From Candidatus Woesearchaeota archaeon (GTDB lineage: Archaea > Nanobdellota > Nanobdellia > Woesearchaeales > GW2011-AR4): a stretch of DNA of 64,000 nt. The stretch spans positions 21,058 through 85,057 of the forward strand of contig JACPIE010000013.1 in assembly GCA_016188245.1 (NCBI GenBank), read 5' to 3'. Shown here piece by piece: positions 57,629-64,000 of this stretch. The notes under the pieces are model-generated. The model saw only the letters and a program-made list of their open reading frames with translations, had not been told where the DNA came from and did no database searches. How positions within the stretch are numbered: the first letter of the stretch is position 1; each line of letters begins with the position of its first letter. A program made the position numbers and the translations under genes.

Positions 57629-59034
57629 AACACTTCACAACAGACATCATCATTGGACTTGAAGTGCACGTAGAACTCTCAACAAAGACAAAGCTCTTTT
57701 GCAGCTGCCAAAAAGCAAAAAAGGATGACATTCCAAACTCAAAATGCTGCCCGATATGCCTAGGAATGCCGGGCTCAAAGCCTGTGCTGAACAAAAAAGC
57801 AGTTGAGTTTGCACTGAAGCTTTGCCTCGCATTGGATTGCGGGATATCGCCTGAGTTAATCTTCTCAAGAAAATCATATTTTTATCCTGACATGTCAAAA
57901 AATTATCAAATCTCGCAATATGAAGTTCCTCTTGGAAAACGCGGAAAACTAATGTTAAAAGGAGGCAAGGAAATTGGGATTGCCAGAGTTCACATTGAAG
58001 AAGATCCTGCTTCCCTAATCCATCCGGCAGGCCTGAAAGAATCCACTTATGTTTTGGTTGACTACAACAGAAGCGGCAATCCGCTTGTTGAGATTGTCAC
58101 AGAGCCGGAATTAGGAAGCCCTGAAGAAGCAAGGGACTTCATGAAGCAATTGATAACTGTGCTAAACTATCTTGATGTTTTTGACATTAATGAGGGGATA
58201 ATAAAGGCAGATGCAAATGTGTCAGTGAAGGAAAGTGGTTACAAAAGGGTCGAAATAAAAAATATTACCGGGTTTAAAGAAATAGAAATGGCTTTGCTTT
58301 ACGAGGTAAAAAGGCAGAAAGAAGAAGCCCATAAAGTGGAGCAGGAAACAAGAGGATGGAGTTCTGAAAAAGGAGTTACATTTTCATTAAGAAAAAAAGA
58401 GACTGAAGAGGACTATGGGTATATAATTGACACTGACTTGACTGCAATTGAAATAACTGATAAGTGGATTAAAGAGATAAAAAAAATAATGCCTGAGCTT
58501 GCCCGGGACAAGGTAAAAAAATTCATTGAAAAGCACAAGCTAAAAAAAGAAGATGCGGAGATAATCGCTGCTGAAAAAGGATTGGCAGAAATGTTCGAGA
58601 AAGTTGCAGAAGAAATTAATCCCATACTGGCGGCAAAATGGCTGAGAAGGGAGCTAGTAAGAGTTCTTAATTACAGCAAAAAAGAGCTGCATGAAGTGGA
58701 AATAGATGAAAAACATATGATTGGCTTGCTAAAATTGGTTGAAAACAAGAAAATAACCGATAACGTTGCGTCAAAAATCCTGGAAAAGCTGGTTGAAAAG
58801 CCGTTTGATGTAAAAGAATATGTAAAAAAAGAAGGCTTGGAAGCTGTCTCTGATGTTTCGGAGCTGGAAAGGTACTGCAAGGAAGCAATTGAGGAAAGCC
58901 CGAAAGCTGTTGAAGACTACAAAAAAGGAGAGGCAAAAGCATTGAATTTTATAGTCGGAAGCGTCATGAAAAAGACAAAGGGAAAAGCGACTCCAAAAGA
59001 GGTCAATGAGATAATTTTAAGGTTTATCAGGTGA
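57625..59034 (+). CDS. gatB: aspartyl/glutamyl-tRNA amidotransferase subunit B
   Basis: 469 aa. Has IGLEVHVELSTKTKLFC, CPICLGMPGSKPVLN and the C-terminal GatB/YqeY domain. Confidence 0.95.
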   Translation: MKHFTTDIIIGLEVHVELSTKTKLFCSCQKAKKDDIPNSKCCPICLGMPGSKPVLNKKAVEFALKLCLALDCGISPELIFSRKSYFYPDMSKNYQISQYEVPLGKRGKLMLKGGKEIGIARVHIEEDPASLIHPAGLKESTYVLVDYNRSGNPLVEIVTEPELGSPEEARDFMKQLITVLNYLDVFDINEGIIKADANVSVKESGYKRVEIKNITGFKEIEMALLYEVKRQKEEAHKVEQETRGWSSEKGVTFSLRKKETEEDYGYIIDTDLTAIEITDKWIKEIKKIMPELARDKVKKFIEKHKLKKEDAEIIAAEKGLAEMFEKVAEEINPILAAKWLRRELVRVLNYSKKELHEVEIDEKHMIGLLKLVENKKITDNVASKILEKLVEKPFDVKEYVKKEGLEAVSDVSELERYCKEAIEESPKAVEDYKKGEAKALNFIVGSVMKKTKGKATPKEVNEIILRFIR

Positions 59035-59079
59035 TTTTTAGCAAAAAGCTTTTATACCTACTTTTAAAAAATAAGTTTT

Positions 59080-60441
59080 ATGTCAAAAAAAAGATTGTTG
59101 TTTCTTTTATTAGTTCTTTCTATGGTTATCATCAGCTGCGTTCCTAAAAATGATGTTAATGTTGAGGAGTACAATGATGATGCAAACAGCGAAATTGCAA
59201 TTGAGCCGCCAGCAACTAAAAAGCAAGGATTAGAAGATCTATGTTCTGGAGAAGACGACTGCAGGGATTTTTGCTCCAAGAATAGGGGCAGATGCGAGGA
59301 TTATTGCCGCGGCAAAAAAATAGAAATCTGCAGGGTTATCTTTCCTCCTGGCGAAGATAGCCATGGAGATTACAATGCTGTAACAGGCTGCAAAGGAAAA
59401 GGGATTATAACATTTACATCGCCCCCTATGCGAATAGGGGATATTGAGCTGATTGAGCCGATTGGCTTGATGATTGGCGGCCATGTCACGCCTATTGACC
59501 ACGGGTATTATTACGCAAAAGGATGGCTTTCTCCGGGTAACAGGGAAGACGCAACAAAATTCCGTGACATTATGGCACCGGCATCAGGAATTGTAACCAG
59601 TGTCCAGAGTATGCCGCAAGAATATTCCTCCAGCAGTATTGGTGATTATCGGCTCATCATTCACCACACTTGCTCATTTTATACCATTTATATTCATATC
59701 AACCAATTATCAGAAAAATTACTTGCCATTGCCGATACACAAAACATTGTCGCAGTCGAAGCAGGAGAAGTCATAGGAAAAGCGCCGGGGTTTGATTTTT
59801 CGGTGCATAATGATGATATCACCCTTTCCGGATTCATTATTCCTGAGACATATGCTGCTGAGCCATGGAAACTTCACAACGTCGATATGTTTGATTATTT
59901 TGCTGAGCCCACACGAGCACAGCTCTTGGAGAAAAACATTCGCCAAAAAGAGCCCCGAGGCGGAAAAATTGATTATGATATTGATGGTAAGTTAGTGGGC
60001 AATTGGTTTGAAGAAAACACCAACGGTTATTTTGGTAAGGAAGAGTACCAGCGCATGTCCGGCTATTGGAGTACGCACCTCTCCTTTGCATATGACGGCT
60101 TGGACCCTTCCTTGGTGATTGTTTCAGTTGGGGATTACAACGGCGAAGCACAGCAATTTGCAGTCAAAGGGAATGCTCCTGATCCTGCTGAAGTGGGCAT
60201 TCAAAATGGATTGGTAAAATATGAGCTGGTCTTGTTTGGCTACAAGACTGAAGAGGGAAACGAGTGGAACAGGCGGAATTTTGCGAGAATTTCCAAGGCA
60301 TACGGCTATGACGGGCAGGTTGCTGGTGTTGTGCTTGCCCAGATGCTTGAAGGCAGAAAAATTAAATTTGAGGCATTTCCTGGCAAAAAGGCTGCAGAGG
60401 TTTCCGGATTTACAGACAAAGCAAGAATTTATGAAAGGTAA
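59080..60441 (+). CDS. secreted lipoprotein with degenerate M23/LytM-like barrel
   Basis: 453 aa. Lipobox VIISCVP and a Cys-rich N-terminal segment. YRLIIHHTCSFYTIYIHINQLS...VEAGEVIGKAPG follows the M23 strand pattern. By eye only. Confidence 0.5.
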   Translation: MSKKRLLFLLLVLSMVIISCVPKNDVNVEEYNDDANSEIAIEPPATKKQGLEDLCSGEDDCRDFCSKNRGRCEDYCRGKKIEICRVIFPPGEDSHGDYNAVTGCKGKGIITFTSPPMRIGDIELIEPIGLMIGGHVTPIDHGYYYAKGWLSPGNREDATKFRDIMAPASGIVTSVQSMPQEYSSSSIGDYRLIIHHTCSFYTIYIHINQLSEKLLAIADTQNIVAVEAGEVIGKAPGFDFSVHNDDITLSGFIIPETYAAEPWKLHNVDMFDYFAEPTRAQLLEKNIRQKEPRGGKIDYDIDGKLVGNWFEENTNGYFGKEEYQRMSGYWSTHLSFAYDGLDPSLVIVSVGDYNGEAQQFAVKGNAPDPAEVGIQNGLVKYELVLFGYKTEEGNEWNRRNFARISKAYGYDGQVAGVVLAQMLEGRKIKFEAFPGKKAAEVSGFTDKARIYER

Positions 60442-60450
60442 ATTAGAAAT

Positions 60451-61665
60451 TTACAGCTCAGTCTCCAAGACTCTTTCAGCTTCTTCCTTCACCCTTCTCT
60501 CGAAATCAGGAACTGTTTCTCCCTCTTGCTTTTCCGTGCTTAAAATATTCATCAGGTTTTTTATTAATTCCTCTTCTCTCTCCAATGTTAAATTTTCCAG
60601 CTTGACCTGGCCAAGATGCTCCTTTATCAAGAAAGATTCTATATCCTCAACATTCTTTGCGTCTGTCTTTATCTCCTCAAACTCTTTTGATGCCAATGCG
60701 TGCGAGCTTTTCATCACAAAATAGGCTGATTTGCCGTACAGCTCGCTAAAAATTTCCTTGAAGTCTATGTCGCTTGGCTTGCCGTCTATGGTGCCATGCA
60801 GCCTGATCAGCACAATCGTGTTGTTCAGCTCCTTGTTTTTAAAATAAGCTGAAATTTCATCCTTGATTTCATCTGGAGCTTTGTGGTCGCATTTCAGCTG
60901 GAATCTCTCAACATTGTAAATCTGGATTGGTTCCCATCTTGCGGTTCCGTCTTCAACAATGAAAAATCCCCCTCTTCCGAGCTTTTCAAGCTCGGCAAAG
61001 CTGTTAGGAAACAAAGGGCCGGGATATGCTATTCTTCCGTAGCCTTCAATTTCCTTGTCATCGACTATATGGACGTGCCCGCCTGCATAATAGTCAAAAC
61101 CCTTCGGCAGCAGCGACAGCGGCTGGGATATTATGTTTTCCATCTCCTTCGGCTTCAGCTCGTCTATGCCGGAATGGAACAGGAATATTTTGTAGCCTTT
61201 TTCATTTTCCAAGTTATCCAGAACAAGCTTTTCATAATATGTTTTTTCCAGCGAGCCTCTTTTGCCAAGGATTCCGGCTATTTTAGCTCCTGTCTTTTTG
61301 TCTATCGTAAAAGTTAATTTTAATTTGCCGTTTTCAGCAGTTCCCTTGAATACGTTTACAAACAGCCCTGCTTCCTCCAAAACGTCAAGGATTGTCTTTC
61401 CGCTCGGGCTGTAGTCATGGCTCCCCGGCACGATATAGGCCGGAATTTCTAGGTCTTTCAGGTGCTTTAGCTTTGCAGCGACTGTCTTTAGGTTATCCAG
61501 CCTTGGAAATGACGTGTTGAACAGATCCCCTGCAATAAGAATGAAGTCCACTTTTTCTTTTATGCATTTGTCAATTGCCTTGCAGAAAGCCAGCGTGCTT
61601 GTGTCTTTCAGCTTTGGGTCCCTCCATGAGCCTATGTGGCAGTCTGCCATGTGTGCGAATTTCAT
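60451..61665 (-). CDS. mre11: Mre11/SbcD-type DNA repair nuclease (calcineurin-like phosphoesterase)
   Basis: 404 aa. Has MKFAHMADCHIG, FILIAGDLFN, VPGSHD and GGHVH. Confidence 0.85.
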   Translation of the reverse strand: MKFAHMADCHIGSWRDPKLKDTSTLAFCKAIDKCIKEKVDFILIAGDLFNTSFPRLDNLKTVAAKLKHLKDLEIPAYIVPGSHDYSPSGKTILDVLEEAGLFVNVFKGTAENGKLKLTFTIDKKTGAKIAGILGKRGSLEKTYYEKLVLDNLENEKGYKIFLFHSGIDELKPKEMENIISQPLSLLPKGFDYYAGGHVHIVDDKEIEGYGRIAYPGPLFPNSFAELEKLGRGGFFIVEDGTARWEPIQIYNVERFQLKCDHKAPDEIKDEISAYFKNKELNNTIVLIRLHGTIDGKPSDIDFKEIFSELYGKSAYFVMKSSHALASKEFEEIKTDAKNVEDIESFLIKEHLGQVKLENLTLEREEELIKNLMNILSTEKQEGETVPDFERRVKEEAERVLETEL

Positions 61666-61780
61666 CGGGAAAGGTAATGAATTGCATTATTTAAAACTAT
61701 TCAGCAAAAGTTTTTCAAAACCGCAAACTATTTAAGCGAAATGTTTATCCACGTCATAAAACATTACAAAAGGTGATTAA

Positions 61781-62023
61781 ATGGCAGAAGTAGTATGTAA
61801 ATGCGGAGTTAAGAGGCAGTCCGGCTATCTTTATTTTGTGGATAAGCACGGAAACTGCGCCAGGGTAAACATGAAAAGGCCCGGGAAAGCATACAGGAAG
61901 AAGGTTGAAGTGCTGCACAAGTGCGGCATCAAGAGAAAAGCAGGCTACCTTTATTTCGTGGACAAGAAAGGAAATGTAGCAATGGCAAAGATGAACCGGG
62001 GCGGCAGGAAAAAGAAAAGATAA
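61781..62023 (+). CDS. small basic protein made of two tandem KCG.KR..GYLYFVDK.GN repeats
   Basis: 80 aa. Repeat 1 is VCKCGVKRQSGYLYFVDKHGNCARVNM and repeat 2 is LHKCGIKRKAGYLYFVDKKGNVAMAKM. Ends in RGGRKKKR. Confidence 0.55.
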   Translation: MAEVVCKCGVKRQSGYLYFVDKHGNCARVNMKRPGKAYRKKVEVLHKCGIKRKAGYLYFVDKKGNVAMAKMNRGGRKKKR

Positions 62024-62026
62024 TTT

Positions 62027-62047
62027 ATTTCTTTTTTTTATTTTTTT
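62027..62047 (+). terminator. oligo-T tract (archaeal-type terminator)
   Basis: T8 and T7 runs directly follow the stop at 62021-62023. Confidence 0.4.
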
Positions 62048-62246
62048 AATATAATTCTTATTTTCAGAAAAAATATCTGGAAACTGCATTTCTCCTTTGC
62101 ATCACCTAGATTGTTTTATGCAAAAGAATGCCGTACTTCATTCGGGCATTCGTTAGGTGACTAAAGACTTCCCAACTTGTTTTTGTTGCTAAAAAGCTCT
62201 TGAAGCTTCTAGCCGGTGTTGAGGATATGGAGTGCAGTTCCCATAA

Positions 62247-62456
62247 TCATGCTTGAATTCTTGCCTCTTCAATTTCAGGCTCTGTGAATTCTTCCCTGAA
62301 GTATTCCGCTTCCTTTAGCCTCTTTAGCCTTGGAAAATACCCAACATATTTATTAAGCTTTTCTTGCGATTCTTTATGCTTGTATTTTGGAGGAATGTAG
62401 ACTGCATTAAGCAGGCTTTTTTTCTTCTCCAAATAGAATGCTTTCAGGCTTTTCAC
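62247..62456 (-). CDS. hypothetical small protein
   Basis: 69-aa charged ORF downstream of herA on the same strand. No family recognised. Confidence 0.4.
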   Translation of the reverse strand: MKSLKAFYLEKKKSLLNAVYIPPKYKHKESQEKLNKYVGYFPRLKRLKEAEYFREEFTEPEIEEARIQA

Positions 62457-62534
62457 TTTGCCACCCCTTAAATTATATATGGCAAAATAAGTATATATAA
62501 CTTTGGTATTATGTGTATATAGAGGTATATAGGA

Positions 62535-64000
62535 TCATCCCAGCTCGCTGAACTCATGCGCAAATTCTTCCTTATTGCCCAAAGTATCCTTGACAATGTC
62601 GTCAAAATAAGGGATGCTGATTGGGGTTACAAATTTTGCAAAGTTGCTTGTTATGAGAGCTTCTCCCACGTCAAGGCTTGCTATTGTCCGATCATCGTCG
62701 CTTAAGTCTTGTGAGGCGCTCTCAATAATTGCTTGCCTTTCAGGCTTCATCTCTATTCCAAGGATTATTTTAGTGTTCATGTTTGCCAATATCTCCCTTG
62801 GTATAAGGGAAGGCAGCTGGGTGATTGCGCAAAGTCCAACTTTGAATTTCCTTCCTTCCCTTGCTATGGTCGAGAATATGTTCGGGCCTGCTTCAAGGAC
62901 TTCCTTTCCAAGCACTCTTGGGGCTTCCTCCAGCACAATTGAAATAACTGGCTTGTTATTTAAAGCTCCGCTCATCTTGTAATTCCTGTATTTGTTGAAA
63001 ACTTCATTTGCTATCAGGCTGCCTATCAGCAGCTCGACTGCCCCGCTGAAATTTGACGTGTCTATGACTGCGATTCTTCCTTCTTCCAGATGCCTGCATA
63101 TGTCATTAACAGTAGCAAAGCCTGAATTCAGCTGGAAAATCCCATTGCAGAATAGCTGGCTGTTGCTGAATTCCAGGTCAAGAACATAAAGCAGCCTTCT
63201 TTTCACCACAGACATTGTGTCGTCTTTAAACACCCTTCCGATGCTCAGATCTTTTTCCAGTATTATGGCTTCAATCCATTTGTCGCCGAATTCCTTGTGA
63301 TAAAGATTCAAGCATTGCCTTTGGGCATCGCTGAAATTGACTGAGCCTTCAAAATGCAGCGGCTTTATGGCATCGAGGCTTATTCTCAATGTGTTTGTTC
63401 CGATGGGGGCATTTTTGGCAGTGTAGTAAACAATGTTCTCTTTGTTAGGATGGTCTTTCAGCCCAGTCCTGTTTCTTCCGTAATATTCGTCATGAGGATC
63501 AAGCACCAAAATTCCAAAATTTCTGCCGACAGAGTTCCATAGCAGGTTGGAGACAAGCACGCTTTTTCCTCTGCCTGTTGTTCCAGCAATTAAAATATGG
63601 TGTGAAAAAACTTTTTCACCGTCGAGAAAAATAGGCACATCAAGCACCTTTGAGCCGCTTCTTAGATTGCCGATTAATACCGGATTTTTCGGCTTGGCCA
63701 GAAACGACAGATCAGTTTCATTGATTTCCCTCACTTCAGAAAAAACATTTGGCAGCGACTTGCTAACAAAAGCGCTTTTGTTTTTTATTGTGGCGAGGCT
63801 TTTCATCATTGCAAGCGTGTAATTTCTAAGATTTGCGTCAAAAAGCTCAAAGTCAGTTCCTTCCTCAAGCTTCATGCCGGAAATCATCTCAAGGTTCTGC
63901 TGGGATATCTGGCTCCCGTACAATAAATCATAGACCTGCATCAGGATTTTTCCATCAGCGGAATCGGCAATCAGAAGCTCTCCAATCTCTACCTCATTTC
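62535..64000 (-). CDS. herA: HerA-type (DUF87) hexameric ATPase/helicase, N-terminus beyond the window
   Basis: Walker A in [19 protein letters not shown], then [10 protein letters not shown] and Walker [10 protein letters not shown]. The frame stays open upstream of the track ATG (…[23 protein letters not shown]) as far as position 64000. Confidence 0.8.
   Translation of the reverse strand, partial: NEVEIGELLIADSADGKILMQVYDLLYGSQISQQNLEMISGMKLEEGTDFELFDANLRNYTLAMMKSLATIKNKSAFVSKSLPNVFSEVREINETDLSFLAKPKNPVLIGNLRSGSKVLDVPIFLDGEKVFSHHILIAGTTGRGKSVLVSNLLWNSVGRNFGILVLDPHDEYYGRNRTGLKDHPNKENIVYYTAKNAPIGTNTLRISLDAIKPLHFEGSVNFSDAQRQCLNLYHKEFGDKWIEAIILEKDLSIGRVFKDDTMSVVKRRLLYVLDLEFSNSQLFCNGIFQLNSGFATVNDICRHLEEGRIAVIDTSNFSGAVELLIGSLIANEVFNKYRNYKMSGALNNKPVISIVLEEAPRVLGKEVLEAGPNIFSTIAREGRKFKVGLCAITQLPSLIPREILANMNTKIILGIEMKPERQAIIESASQDLSDDDRTIASLDVGEALITSNFAKFVTPISIPYFDDIVKDTLGNKEEFAHEFSELG

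Overview
AT-rich, very densely coded window, judged by eye because no statistics were computed. It looks like a small-genome archaeon of the DPANN type. Three things support an archaeal origin. TTTAAATA-type TATA boxes sit about 25-40 nt upstream of many start codons. One tRNA carries three bulge-helix-bulge (BHB) introns. The gene content is archaeal: rtcB with archease, a FlaI/PilB-type ATPase with a polytopic platform protein, a protein with a class III (pilin-type) signal peptide, translin, Mre11, HerA, Lrp/AsnC and a LAGLIDADG endonuclease.

Recognisable modules:
- Folate and one-carbon metabolism: thyA-folA; purH-purN; a PTR1/FolM-like SDR with folK-folB-folP-folE and a CADD/CT610-like protein.
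- An extracytoplasmic thiol-redox and iron string: CcdA, two thioredoxin-fold proteins, an ArsR-like regulator and an FTR1 permease.
- An Fe-S and oxidative-stress trio: a DUF1858-IscA fusion, a peroxiredoxin and a ferritin-like protein.
- Translation genes: metG, aspS and a gatC-PPIase-gatA-orf-gatB string.
- A surface and pilus-type locus with several orphan secreted or membrane proteins.

Most notable observations:
1. rtcB is interrupted by a 33-nt in-frame hairpin that contains a TAG stop. It sits exactly inside the conserved PDGH|WGYGFP motif and has BHB-like geometry, so it is a candidate mRNA intron in the splicing-ligase gene itself.
2. A tRNA-Phe(GAA) gene has three introns (positions 4/5, D-loop and 37/38). 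A free-standing LAGLIDADG gene lies 15 nt upstream.
3. A bacterial-type AspRS is fused to a C-terminal YbaK/ProX-like deacylase domain.
4. An identical 14-bp palindrome sits in the promoters of two iron-related genes.
5. Six copies of an 11-mer iteron lie upstream of a surface-protein operon.

All assignments come from reading the supplied translations and the DNA. No database search was possible.
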